NCBI GenBank assembly: GCA_963665665.1
Contig: OY762428.1
Coordinates: forward strand, 1,856,001-1,920,000
Direction of reading: 5' to 3'
Source: Candidatus Kapaibacterium sp.
GTDB taxonomy: Bacteria > Bacteroidota > Ignavibacteria > Kapaibacteriales > UBA2268
DNA length: 64,000 bases
Each line of letters starts with the position of its first letter. The stretch's first letter is position 1. This document shows positions 21,652 to 31,805 of this stretch, piece by piece. Both the position numbers and the translations under genes were made by a program. The notes under the pieces are model-generated. The model was given only the letters and a program-made list of their open reading frames with translations. It was not told the origin of the DNA and searched no databases.

Positions 21652-23178
21652 ATGGCCGCAAATAAATATAAAAATGACCGCCATGGCTCTCTTCCACCTA
21701 TGCCGGACAGAATCAAACTTGCTAAAGAAGACAAGAAGCCGATTGACTGGAAGAGAATATTTTTCATATTTCTCGGACTCGCCCTGTTCTTTGGCGTGCA
21801 CCTTTCTCCGGAATGGACCCCGGCTATTGATCCAAACGGACAGGAATTCGTACTAACAAGGGAAGCAAAAGCTGCAATAGGAGTATTCCTTCTTGCGGCA
21901 ACCTGGTGGGTTTTTGAAGTAGTTCCGATAGGGGTAACAAGTATTGCTATTGCAATATTTCAGGTACTATTCCTTATCCGGGAACCTAAAGTTGCATTCA
22001 AGGATTTCATGGATCCCAGCGTTTGGTTTATTTTCGCATCTATTGTAGTGGGCCTGGCATTTGCCCGAACGGGGCTAACCAAAAGGCTTGCTTACAAAAT
22101 GCTTGCGCTGGTAGGCGAGAAAACCAGCATGATATATCTCGGATCATTTGTAATGGTAGCTGCATTAACACTTATTATGGCCCATACAGCTGTTGCTGCT
22201 GCCATGTTTCCGTTGCTTATGACGATATACAGCCTGTACGACCCTGAAGGCAAACAAACAAAATTTGGCAAAGGATTATTTATTGGTATGGCTTTCGTGG
22301 CCGGAGCAGGATCAATTATTACATTGTTGGGAGCTGCACGCGGAGCTGTAGCTATTGGATATTTTCAGGAAATTATTGGCAGGGATATTACATTTTTTGA
22401 ACTGTCTTATTATATGCTGCCTGTTGGCGTTGTAATGGTTGTATTATTATGGCTTTCATTTATGGTTATATATAAACCCGAAAAAGCCACAATACCCGGG
22501 TTAAGAGAAAAAGTAAAAATGCTCAGCTCTAATCTCGGACCAATGACGAGGAATGAAATTACAACTGTTGTGCTTGTGTTTTCAGCTATACTTCTGCTTA
22601 GTATGCGTTCGTTCGTTCCTGAATTCGATTTCCTGCACAAAAGCGCAGTACTGCTTGTAACCACAGTCTGCTTCTTCATTTTTAAAATCCTTACTGTTAA
22701 AGATCTTGAAGATGTCCCCTGGAACATTATTCTGCTTTTTGGCGGAGCAATGTGTATTGGTTTCTGCCTTTGGGAAACCGGCGCAGCTTCATGGATAGCC
22801 GTTAACTGGTTGTCATTATTCCAGAATGCACCGGGAACTGTTTTCATTATCGGAACGGCATTTTTTGTAATGATAATGACCAACCTTATCATGAATGTTG
22901 CCGCCATTGCCATTACGATGCCTGTTGCTCTGGTAACATGCCAGTATCTTGGAGTAGCTCCGGAAGTTGTAATATTCTCGGCACTTGTAACGGCAGGCAT
23001 GCCCTTCCTTTTCCTTATCGGCGCTGCCCCGAATGCAATTGCCTATGAAAGTAAGCAGTTTAGTTCAGGTGAATTTTTCAAAGTTGGTATTCCAATGAGT
23101 ATTCTTCTTATGGTTGTTCTATCGGTCTTTGTTTATTTTATCTGGCCGGTAATGGGAATGCCGATATTTATCGATTAA
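21652..23178 (+). CDS. SLC13/DASS family anion:sodium symporter
   Basis: Many TM segments; WWVFEVVPIGVT, PWNIILLFGG and GAAPNAIAY motifs. Confidence 0.88.
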   Translation: MAANKYKNDRHGSLPPMPDRIKLAKEDKKPIDWKRIFFIFLGLALFFGVHLSPEWTPAIDPNGQEFVLTREAKAAIGVFLLAATWWVFEVVPIGVTSIAIAIFQVLFLIREPKVAFKDFMDPSVWFIFASIVVGLAFARTGLTKRLAYKMLALVGEKTSMIYLGSFVMVAALTLIMAHTAVAAAMFPLLMTIYSLYDPEGKQTKFGKGLFIGMAFVAGAGSIITLLGAARGAVAIGYFQEIIGRDITFFELSYYMLPVGVVMVVLLWLSFMVIYKPEKATIPGLREKVKMLSSNLGPMTRNEITTVVLVFSAILLLSMRSFVPEFDFLHKSAVLLVTTVCFFIFKILTVKDLEDVPWNIILLFGGAMCIGFCLWETGAASWIAVNWLSLFQNAPGTVFIIGTAFFVMIMTNLIMNVAAIAITMPVALVTCQYLGVAPEVVIFSALVTAGMPFLFLIGAAPNAIAYESKQFSSGEFFKVGIPMSILLMVVLSVFVYFIWPVMGMPIFID

Positions 23179-23203
23179 TTTTTACTGTTCAATTGAATAT
23201 AAC

Positions 23204-23242
23204 AATCAGTCCTCTTCGTTGAAGGAGACTGATTATTTTTTT
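23204..23242 (+). terminator. Intrinsic terminator
   Basis: AATCAGTC...GACTGATT stem followed by a T-run. Confidence 0.7.
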
Positions 23243-23475
23243 ACATTCCAGCGTTAAGTTTTTACCACGTATTTTCCTTTCGTCAACAAGCATCGGCATC
23301 GAAAAGTATGTTCCCATGAAAGTAATAATATGCATTCCACAATTGTCCATATTCGGGCTAAGAATTGAATTTCCAGAATATTCTTTATGCTTCATAGCTA
23401 CAATAAAAATCCGCTATTTTTTCGTATTTTGCATGTTATTAGGTTAATTATGTAATATTTAATATCGGAAAAGAA

Positions 23476-24615
23476 ATGAAAAAAGTATTCCTGTTTCTAA
23501 CTACAATATTTATTATTGCTTCCTGCGCCTCGCCTGTTGATGACAGCCCGATAGATTCAGAAATGGATAAAATGATCGGCCAGATGCTGATGATTGGCTT
23601 TCGGGGTTATAGCGTTGATAGTGATTCCCCGGTTGTTGAGGATATTAAAGCCGGAAGGATTGGCGGGGTTGTCCTTTATGATTACGATGTTGAGCTGAAG
23701 AAAGCAGAAAGAAATATCCAATCTCCCGAACAGGTAAAAGCTCTGATATCATCATTGAAAAGCTATACCGATGATATACCCCTGTTTGTATCTGTGGATC
23801 AGGAAGGCGGCAGGGTATGCAGATTGAAAGAAAAATACGGATTTCCGGCTACTGTTTCACAGCAGTATCTTGGCGATATGAATAATCCGGATACAACAGC
23901 ATATTATGGTGAACGAACAGCTACAACACTGTCGCAAAACGGATTCAACCTGAATTTTGCCCCTGTTGTAGACCTGAATATTAATCCCGAAAGCCCGGCA
24001 ATAGGAAATATTGAGCGCAGCTTTTCGGCAGACCCTGAAGTGGTCGTAGATAATGCCTCAATAATTATCAACAAGCTGAATGACAGAGACATTTTTGCTA
24101 CTCTGAAACATTTCCCCGGGCATGGAAGTGCAGGCTCTGATTCCCATCTTGGCTTTACCGACGTTACCAACACATGGCAGGAAGCAGAACTTGAACCCTA
24201 CCGCCAACTGATAAATATGGATAAAGCAGATATGATAATGACAGCTCATATATTCAATTCAAATCTCGATCCGGATTATCCGGCTACTCTATCAAAAAAT
24301 ATCATCGGCGGAATGCTAAGAGACCAGCTTGCCTTTGACGGCGTGGTGATAACCGACGACATGAACATGGGAGCAATCAGGGATTATTACGGCCTTGAGG
24401 AAGCCATATACCTGACAATTGACGCCGGAGCAGATATTATTCTTTTTGCAAATAACCTTGTGTATGATCCTGAAATTGCGCAAAAGGCCGGTGATATTAT
24501 CAGGAAACTGATAAGGGAGGGCAAGATCAGCGAGGATAGAATCCGCCAGTCGTATAACAGGATAATGAAATTGAAATATGAACAAATGATGTCCTTTTCA
24601 CGGGTTTCTTTTTAA
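23476..24615 (+). CDS. GH3 beta-N-acetylhexosaminidase (NagZ-like) lipoprotein
   Basis: Lipobox IASC; DQEGGRV, KHFPGHGSAGSDSH and ITDDMNM motifs. Confidence 0.9.
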   Translation: MKKVFLFLTTIFIIASCASPVDDSPIDSEMDKMIGQMLMIGFRGYSVDSDSPVVEDIKAGRIGGVVLYDYDVELKKAERNIQSPEQVKALISSLKSYTDDIPLFVSVDQEGGRVCRLKEKYGFPATVSQQYLGDMNNPDTTAYYGERTATTLSQNGFNLNFAPVVDLNINPESPAIGNIERSFSADPEVVVDNASIIINKLNDRDIFATLKHFPGHGSAGSDSHLGFTDVTNTWQEAELEPYRQLINMDKADMIMTAHIFNSNLDPDYPATLSKNIIGGMLRDQLAFDGVVITDDMNMGAIRDYYGLEEAIYLTIDAGADIILFANNLVYDPEIAQKAGDIIRKLIREGKISEDRIRQSYNRIMKLKYEQMMSFSRVSF

Positions 24616-24805
24616 ATGAATAGTTTCAAAAGCTTACATTGATTGACTAATAGGGAAAATTCAGAAACATGGAAAAAAACATAATTCGAACCTAATTTCA
24701 GGCAAATCCGAATTTAGCGGATAAATTAAAATTATTTCCTTAGTCATTCGATTATTAGTAAATTGAAATAATTAGGTTTGTAAAACTTTATAATTTGGAT
24801 AACAA

Positions 24806-26203
24806 ATGATTAAATTCGGTACTGACGGATGGAGAGCATTGATAGCCCGAGACTTTACTTTCGAGAATGTCAGGAAAGCAGCGCTTGCCACGGCAAAATA
24901 TATTAAAGAACTTAACCCCGACAACCCTACAGCCGTTCTTGGTTACGACACGAGATTCCTGTCAGGAGATTTTGCCGCTGAATCAGCCTTAGTTCTTGCT
25001 TCGCAGGGAATCAAAGCATTCCTGGCAGATAATATTTCCTCAACTCCGCAAGTTTCTTTCTGTACAAAATTCAAAAATGCCGACCTTGGCGTGGTAATTA
25101 CCGCCAGCCACAACCCTCCACAGTATAACGGGTTTAAGATTAAAGCAGGTTTTGGCGGCCCCGGAACACCGGAGCAAATTGCCAAAGTTGAATCATACCT
25201 GAAAGAAATTGAAAACAAAATGCCGGAACTGAAACTTAAAACTCTTGACGAGTATATTTCGGACGGTATTATTGAAATGTTTGACGCAAAGAAACCTTAC
25301 CTGGAACATATCAGGAAAAAAATCAACCTGGATATGATCAACAAAGCAGGTTTCAAAATATTGTACGATCCAATGTTCGGCGCCGGTATCGATACTTTGA
25401 AAGAACTTATACCCGACGCAGTGGAAATTCATGATCATCATAATCCAGCCTTCCCGGAAATTGGACATCCCGAACCAATTGGAAGCCACCTGGAACAGGC
25501 TATGGAAAAAATCAGGAAAGAAGGCTTTACGGTCGGGCTGGCAACAGACGGCGATGCAGACAGGCTTGGCGCTATTGACGAGGACGGAAATTTTGTAGAC
25601 TCCCACAAGGTATTCATGATACTTATGAAATATCTTTATGAGAAAAAAGGCGAACGCGGATCCGTGGTAAAAACAGTATCCCTTACTTCAATGGTTGCAA
25701 GATATTGCGAAAAGAATGATATAAAACTGCATGAAACCCCGGTGGGATTCAAGTATACAGCCGACCTTATGACACAGGAAAACGTGCTGATCGGCGGCGA
25801 AGAGTCCGGCGGCCTTGGTACCAGCGTACATATTCCCGAACGCGACGGTATATTCAATGGTTTGCTGCTGCTCGAAGCAATGGCTTCCGAAGGAAAATCG
25901 CTTAAGGAAATGTGCAATGACCTTGATAAAGAATTCGGTCCCCACCGCTACGACAGGCGCGACATAAGAGTAACGCCCGAGAAAAAAGAACAGGTGCTTG
26001 CCGCGGCTGCAAAACAACCGCAGGAAATCGGCGGGTTCAAAGTAAAAGAATATAACGGCAGGGACGGCCACAAATTTATCTTCGATAACGCCTGGCTGCT
26101 TATACGCGCTTCAGGCACCGAACCTCTGCTCCGCTTCTATGCCGAAGCTCCCACGATGGACGAAGTGAACAAGCTTCTCGACGCAGCCCTCCAAATGGGT
26201 TAA
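24806..26203 (+). CDS. Phosphoglucomutase/phosphomannomutase
   Basis: FGTDGWR, TASHNP, DGDADR, GGEESG and RASGTEP motifs. Confidence 0.93.
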   Translation: MIKFGTDGWRALIARDFTFENVRKAALATAKYIKELNPDNPTAVLGYDTRFLSGDFAAESALVLASQGIKAFLADNISSTPQVSFCTKFKNADLGVVITASHNPPQYNGFKIKAGFGGPGTPEQIAKVESYLKEIENKMPELKLKTLDEYISDGIIEMFDAKKPYLEHIRKKINLDMINKAGFKILYDPMFGAGIDTLKELIPDAVEIHDHHNPAFPEIGHPEPIGSHLEQAMEKIRKEGFTVGLATDGDADRLGAIDEDGNFVDSHKVFMILMKYLYEKKGERGSVVKTVSLTSMVARYCEKNDIKLHETPVGFKYTADLMTQENVLIGGEESGGLGTSVHIPERDGIFNGLLLLEAMASEGKSLKEMCNDLDKEFGPHRYDRRDIRVTPEKKEQVLAAAAKQPQEIGGFKVKEYNGRDGHKFIFDNAWLLIRASGTEPLLRFYAEAPTMDEVNKLLDAALQMG

Positions 26204-26228
26204 AATTATCAAAAATAATATATTATTC

Positions 26229-26262
26229 TATTCATCCGGTGGCAAAAACCACCGGATGAATA
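26229..26262. repeat. REP-like palindrome, possibly a bidirectional terminator
   Basis: TATTCATCCGGTGG-CAAAAA-CCACCGGATGAATA; related to the hairpins at 51236, 53809 and 57487. Confidence 0.65.
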
Positions 26263-26270
26263 TCTGATTT

Positions 26271-27491
26271 TTACTTCACATAGGAAAGCAGACGCTGCTC
26301 ACCTCCAAGCTGCCTGATCCTTGTTGCATCCTGAACTACTTCCAGTGTTCCGAGATAGCTGCCTTCTTCATCCCGAACAGCATAGTATGTGATGTAAACA
26401 AATTTGCCATCGAAATTGATCCAGAATTCAGCCATAGTTTCCTTGCCGGATTTGAAATCCTTGAGGATTCTTTCCACCATGCGAACACTTTTTGGCGGGT
26501 GACACAACCTGACATCGCGGTTCAATACAGCCCGGTTTCGCTGAAATATCCTTTCGCGGCCATGCGAAAAGTATTTCACTTTATCTTCAGAATCAACAAA
26601 GGATACTTCAACAGGCAGCATTTTGAAAATGCCTATAAGTTCCTCAACACTCAGGCGTCCGGTAGGCAGATTTATAGTATCCCCCTTGAAATAACTGGGT
26701 TCAGCCTGCTGTATGTTTTCCGGCTTCCACTCATGTATCGGATCTATCAGCGTAAAACCTATCTCATCAGTCTGATTATAAATATCAAACCATTCCTGCG
26801 TACTCAGTTTGTCCATGGCCAGCGGAAAAAGAACATTTTCTTCTTTCCCGCACATTTCGCGCAGTTCCTTTACCAGCGGGCTTAAAATTTCATTATTAAT
26901 TTTTATCAGCTTATCTTTATCCAGGTTCGCTTCGAAATATATAAGTTCAAGGCCATCCTTCACTAATTTCCGGACTTCGTCATGTTTTGCCCACATCACC
27001 TTGGGTGGACCGGTAATTCCCTTTTTCTCTAAGTAAGGGAACAGCAGGTTTTCTTTCCTCTGGTAATGTTTTTCAATATCCGCCAGGTTATTCACACCGT
27101 TCCTTAACTTAACAATCATACCTTTCAGGTCGGAATTCGGAGATAATTTTTCTGTCTCAACAAATAATTCCTCCATCTCGTCGCAAACTTCCAGCAACTC
27201 AATATTTTCGTTAATAAAGGTATCCACTGGATGCCCTAACGGAATATCCTTCATTTTGCTTTTATCCACGGCATCCTCGATAACATAATGATGTATATCA
27301 CACAGCCTTTGCACTTCCTTCACAGGCAGGCCGCCGGCAATCAGTTCCTGTTCCACCTCCACGATCTCCGACGAGGGGATATTCAGCATCATCTCGCCAA
27401 TTTTTATCTTTATCTGCCCAGCATCCTCTCCGGCATGAAGTTTAAGAATCAGCTCTTTAAGCTTAGATTTTCGAGTTGTTTTTTCAGACAT
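26271..27491 (-). CDS. DUF438 + hemerythrin-like + PAS_10 domain protein
   Basis: CDIH, GHPVDTF, HYQRKENLLFP, VMWAKHD, KEENVLFP and CHPPKS motifs. Confidence 0.88.
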   Translation of the reverse strand: MSEKTTRKSKLKELILKLHAGEDAGQIKIKIGEMMLNIPSSEIVEVEQELIAGGLPVKEVQRLCDIHHYVIEDAVDKSKMKDIPLGHPVDTFINENIELLEVCDEMEELFVETEKLSPNSDLKGMIVKLRNGVNNLADIEKHYQRKENLLFPYLEKKGITGPPKVMWAKHDEVRKLVKDGLELIYFEANLDKDKLIKINNEILSPLVKELREMCGKEENVLFPLAMDKLSTQEWFDIYNQTDEIGFTLIDPIHEWKPENIQQAEPSYFKGDTINLPTGRLSVEELIGIFKMLPVEVSFVDSEDKVKYFSHGRERIFQRNRAVLNRDVRLCHPPKSVRMVERILKDFKSGKETMAEFWINFDGKFVYITYYAVRDEEGSYLGTLEVVQDATRIRQLGGEQRLLSYVK

Positions 27492-27712
27492 ATAAGCCCC
27501 CTGTATTTAATATTGATAAGTTATTAATATTCTCATTTTAAACGAATAAAGGCGAATATTATTCATTTATTATTGAATAAAATAATTACGACAAATTTGA
27601 TGGAAAATTATGATTATAAAATTTTAAATGTTTTTCTTTTCAAATCTTAAAAATAATTCATATCTTAGAGAAGAAAAATTGGCACGAAAATTTCTTGCAG
27701 GACGGGATTTTT

Positions 27713-28264
27713 ATGATATTGATTGATAAAGTTGGCGTAGATAAGGAATTATTGACAGAACGGTTTTGTTGCGATTTGGTGAAATGCAAAGGGGCCTGCT
27801 GCACATTCGAAGGTGAATTCGGCGCTCCGGTGGCAGACGAGGAAGTGCCGCTGATGGAAAAGAATCTAAAAGCAGCAAAGAAATATCTTAACGAGCGTTC
27901 TCTGAAAATTATTGATAAGTACGGGCTGGTGGAAGGTGTGGCAGGTTCGTATTCTACGGTGTGTATCGACAAAAAGGACTGTGTTTTCGTCTATTATGAA
28001 GGCACAATTGCAAAATGTGCTTTCGAGAAAGCATATTTCGAGGGTGAAAGTGATTTCAGGAAACCTGTTTCATGTCATTTATTTCCGATCAGAGTTGGCG
28101 ATTTCGGAGGAGAGTATATTTATTACGAGAAAATTCACGAATGTGTACCGGCAGTGAAAAAAGGCCGGGCAGACGATGTGAAACTTGCAGATTTTTTAGA
28201 AGATGCACTTACTCGTAAATTTGGCAAAGAATGGTATGATAAATTCAGGAATGAAGCAAAATAA
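27713..28264 (+). CDS. DUF3109 family Cys-rich protein
   Basis: FCCDLVKCKGACC..G..GAP and KPVSCHLFPIR motifs. ATG at 27713 preferred over the upstream TTG. Confidence 0.85.
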   Translation: MILIDKVGVDKELLTERFCCDLVKCKGACCTFEGEFGAPVADEEVPLMEKNLKAAKKYLNERSLKIIDKYGLVEGVAGSYSTVCIDKKDCVFVYYEGTIAKCAFEKAYFEGESDFRKPVSCHLFPIRVGDFGGEYIYYEKIHECVPAVKKGRADDVKLADFLEDALTRKFGKEWYDKFRNEAK

Positions 28265-28300
28265 TTTATTTTTCGGGGGACAAACTTTGGTTGAATTGCT

Positions 28301-30028
28301 ATGAAATTATCACTTGATCTAAGAACGGCTCTGACCCAGACCCTGACGCCGCAGCAAATTCAGTACCTGAAACTGCTGCAGCTTCCGGTTATTCAGCTTG
28401 AGCAGCATGTTATGCAGGAAATTGAACAAAATCCCATGCTGGAGGATTTCAGCGAGGGAGACCTTTTTGATGATGAAGTCGGGAATCTGAATGAATTCGA
28501 CGACCCGGACGGAGACGGGCCGGAAGCGGAAATTACAGACCGGAAAACTGAGATACAGGAACGCCAGATGATCAGCGATGAAGGCGATCCGTTTGAATTT
28601 CACAAGATGATCTATCAGGACGACCAATCCTATGAACCAAAGCCAAAAAATTCTCAATGGGATGAAGAGGACAGCGAACCTTTCCAGATAAAAGATGCAG
28701 AATCCCAGATTGAAGATCTTACAAGCCAATTGAAACTGACTGACCTGAGCGAGGAAGAGCAGGTTTTTGGCGAACAGGTTATTGGTAATATTGATAATGA
28801 CGGCTACCTGCGTAGGGATCTGGCTGAGATAATTGATGAAACAAATATGCTAATTGCTGAAATAAATTTTAATAATAAAAAAATTATTCGGGAAATTTCA
28901 AATCTCTCCAAATCAGGTATTAAAGATAATCCGGCAAGGCAATTTGCACTTTCCGAAGATTCAAAAACTGTGCTACAGGATATTTTTATCCAAAATCCGG
29001 ACCTGATGGATAAAGTCAGCGACACTGCAAAAAATTATATCGCGGAAAATATTGCTGACAACGGTAATTATGAGATGCTGAAAGAAATTGACGAACAAAA
29101 AGCAGAGAAAGTTCTCCGGGAAATCAGACATCTTGATCCTCCGGGAATTGGCTCGCGGACTATCCAGGAATGCCTTGTATCTCAACTTGAAATTATTCCG
29201 AGAATGAATGCAGCCGAAAAACTGGCTATGCTTATTCTGACCGATACCTATGACGCTTTTGCCAAAAAGCATTTTCATGTTATCACCAAAACTCTCGGTG
29301 TAACTGATGATTACCTGAAAGAAGCTATTGAAGTAATCAGGTCGCTCAACCCCAAACCGGGTGGCGGGGACTATCAATCGGAAATAAATACGGTAATTCC
29401 GGACTTCGTAATTGAAATTGACGATGAATCGAAAGAACTGACTATTACGGTTAACGACAGCCGGATACCGTCGATTAAACTCAGCCAGGCTTATGAAAAA
29501 CTGAAAAAAGAAGCACAGTTCAAGCGTTCGAATAAAGAAACAAAAGAGTGGATCAGGAATAAATACGAGGATGCTAAATTCCTTATCCAGGCTATCAGGC
29601 AGAGAAAAAGTACCATGCTGAAAGTAATGACTGCCATTGCCTACCTGCAGAAGGGTTTTTTCTTTGAAGGGACAATCGGCCTGAAACCTCTTATATATAA
29701 AAATGTTGCCGAGAAAACAGGGCTTGATATATCAACTGTTTGCAGAATAGTTAACGGCAAATACTGCCTTACTCCCTTCGGTACTTTCGAACTGAAATTC
29801 TTCTTCAGCGAATCCCTTCCTACTGACGAGGGAGAAGAAGTATCCACCAAAGTTATTAAGCAGGTAATACAGGATATTGTAGCCGAAGAATCAAAAAAGA
29901 AGCCTTACAGTGATGATAAAATTAGTAAATTGCTAAAGGAAAAAGGCTATAACGTTGCACGCAGGACTGTAGCGAAATATCGCGAACAACTGAAAATTCC
30001 GGTGGCAAGGCTTAGAAAAGAATTATAA
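28301..30028 (+). CDS. rpoN: RNA polymerase sigma-54 factor
   Basis: Q/L-rich region I, DPPGIG..QECL, STVCR HTH, and RpoN box ARRTVAKYRE. Confidence 0.97.
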   Translation: MKLSLDLRTALTQTLTPQQIQYLKLLQLPVIQLEQHVMQEIEQNPMLEDFSEGDLFDDEVGNLNEFDDPDGDGPEAEITDRKTEIQERQMISDEGDPFEFHKMIYQDDQSYEPKPKNSQWDEEDSEPFQIKDAESQIEDLTSQLKLTDLSEEEQVFGEQVIGNIDNDGYLRRDLAEIIDETNMLIAEINFNNKKIIREISNLSKSGIKDNPARQFALSEDSKTVLQDIFIQNPDLMDKVSDTAKNYIAENIADNGNYEMLKEIDEQKAEKVLREIRHLDPPGIGSRTIQECLVSQLEIIPRMNAAEKLAMLILTDTYDAFAKKHFHVITKTLGVTDDYLKEAIEVIRSLNPKPGGGDYQSEINTVIPDFVIEIDDESKELTITVNDSRIPSIKLSQAYEKLKKEAQFKRSNKETKEWIRNKYEDAKFLIQAIRQRKSTMLKVMTAIAYLQKGFFFEGTIGLKPLIYKNVAEKTGLDISTVCRIVNGKYCLTPFGTFELKFFFSESLPTDEGEEVSTKVIKQVIQDIVAEESKKKPYSDDKISKLLKEKGYNVARRTVAKYREQLKIPVARLRKEL

Positions 30029-30134
30029 ATAAATTTATTTATTTACTTAGCGCGTATTGAAGAATTTGAAAATCTGAAATTTTATGTATTCGACCCTTAT
30101 CCGGGAGGATGTCTCAAAATTTTAATAAGCTGTC

Positions 30135-30206
30135 TGTCATTCTGAGCACAGCGAAGAATCTATAACCTGATTAAGCACTGGATTCTTCACTTCGTTTAGA
30201 ATGACA
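30135..30206. repeat. REP-like element (TGTCATTCTGAGC..GCGAAGAATCT ... GATTCTTCAC..TTTAGAATGACA)
   Basis: Imperfect inverted repeat; same family as the internal parts of the MITEs at 10468 and 58378. Confidence 0.7.
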
Positions 30207-30391
30207 AATGAAATATGACCCCTCCCATAACTTCCACAAGTGGAGGGCAAAGAGTTATAAATCTTGCGATAATAGCGTTTCTCAGAGGTCGGCAACAGAA
30301 ATTCAAATTAATTTAATAATACTGATTAATAAGGTATTAAATATCAGATAGTAATCGATAAACCGAACTGAATTTTTCAGTTCCACTCAGG

Positions 30392-31255
30392 ATGAATAAA
30401 AAAATCATGGAAGTTGTAAAAGATACATTTAGCATTGAAGGCAGTAGTGGCAGAAATATTGATGCCGATATAAGGTTTCCGGACGGGAAGGAAAAATATC
30501 CCTGCCTTATAATTCTGCATGGCTTTAAGGCTCATAAGGACTGGGGCTTTTTTCCCTATATTTCCTCAGAAATGGGAACTCAGGGGTTTATTACAATCAC
30601 TATCAACTTCAGCCATAATGGAATTCTCGATCCGGAAAAAAATATTCTCGACACAGAAGTGTTTGCCAATAATTCTGTTTCCAGGGAAATTGAGGATATT
30701 TATATCCTGCTGAAAGAATTAAAATCAAATAGAATCGTTGACTGCCATACTGATAAAAACTGGGACGGCAGAATATTTCTGCTCGGGCATTCAATGGGCG
30801 GAGCCATATCAATTCTTACTGCATCTGAAAGAAATGATATTGAAGCTGTTTGCCTGTGGGGAACTATCGCAAAATTCAACCGCTACACCAAGAGGCAGAG
30901 GGATTTATGGAAAAATGCCGGATTCATAGAGTTTGAAAATACTTCCACAGGACAGGTTTTAAAGCTTTATGCTTCATTCCTTGAAGACCTGGAAAAACAT
31001 GACCGGGAATTCAGCCTGCCGGACAGGATAGCAATGATAAATGCACCGATAATGATCCTTCACGGCAACCAGGATATGACGGTTCCGATAAAAGAAGGGC
31101 AATTGCTAAAAGATTCTGCAGGGGAAAACTGTGAATTACAAATAATTGAAAAAGCCGGGCATGTTTTTGGCGCTGAACACCCATTTGCCGGAACTACAAG
31201 AGCACTTGATTCGTTATTAGATTTGACAAAGAAATTTTTTGACAGATATAAATAA
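30392..31255 (+). CDS. Alpha/beta hydrolase
   Basis: HGFK, GHSMGG nucleophile elbow, HGNQD and GH motifs. Confidence 0.88.
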   Translation: MNKKIMEVVKDTFSIEGSSGRNIDADIRFPDGKEKYPCLIILHGFKAHKDWGFFPYISSEMGTQGFITITINFSHNGILDPEKNILDTEVFANNSVSREIEDIYILLKELKSNRIVDCHTDKNWDGRIFLLGHSMGGAISILTASERNDIEAVCLWGTIAKFNRYTKRQRDLWKNAGFIEFENTSTGQVLKLYASFLEDLEKHDREFSLPDRIAMINAPIMILHGNQDMTVPIKEGQLLKDSAGENCELQIIEKAGHVFGAEHPFAGTTRALDSLLDLTKKFFDRYK

Positions 31256-31668
31256 TGATAGTTAATAAATCCATATTTTCTCTTCTCTTGATTCTGCTAA
31301 TCGGCGGATGTGAACTGATTGTGATCGGCAGCAAAGCCAAACCCGTTGTTGCAATCGACCGTACATCGCCGGTAGGTACGGTTTACCTGTTCAAAACCGA
31401 ACTCGACAGCAATAATGTGGCCGCTGCCACAGAGATACTTGCACGCCCCAACGGCACGGAATATCTTGCTCTGGAGCAGTACGAACTCTACAATGAAGTG
31501 GCTCGTATCGGACGTATTATCCGCGACCTGCCCGTAACTGACGTTAAAACTGATTCCCTGAAGCCTGATCTTTACAGGGTTAATATTGAATTTGATTATA
31601 TCCGCCCCATGAAATTTTCCACCCTTCTGATCAATAATGACTGGTACATTGTTCAATACGAGGAGTAA
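31255..31668 (+). CDS. Hypothetical lipoprotein
   Basis: Lipobox IGGC; translationally coupled to the upstream gene. Confidence 0.65.
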   Translation: MIVNKSIFSLLLILLIGGCELIVIGSKAKPVVAIDRTSPVGTVYLFKTELDSNNVAAATEILARPNGTEYLALEQYELYNEVARIGRIIRDLPVTDVKTDSLKPDLYRVNIEFDYIRPMKFSTLLINNDWYIVQYEE

Positions 31669-31805
31669 GGGATAAAATATTAATGCGGAAATTGATGTTT
31701 ATTAATTACCCAATATTCTTTCTTTTTGAAGATTCAATTTGCTTGATAAGTTTATCAAAATCACTTTCAAACAAAATAAAACTAATAAAAAAACAGCTCT
31801 TAATA

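Noticed and set aside
30100-30290. Further MITE-like ends around the REP element (GAGGATGTCTCAAAA; GTTTCTCAGAGGTC)
   Set aside because: Too degenerate to pair confidently or to find a TSD.
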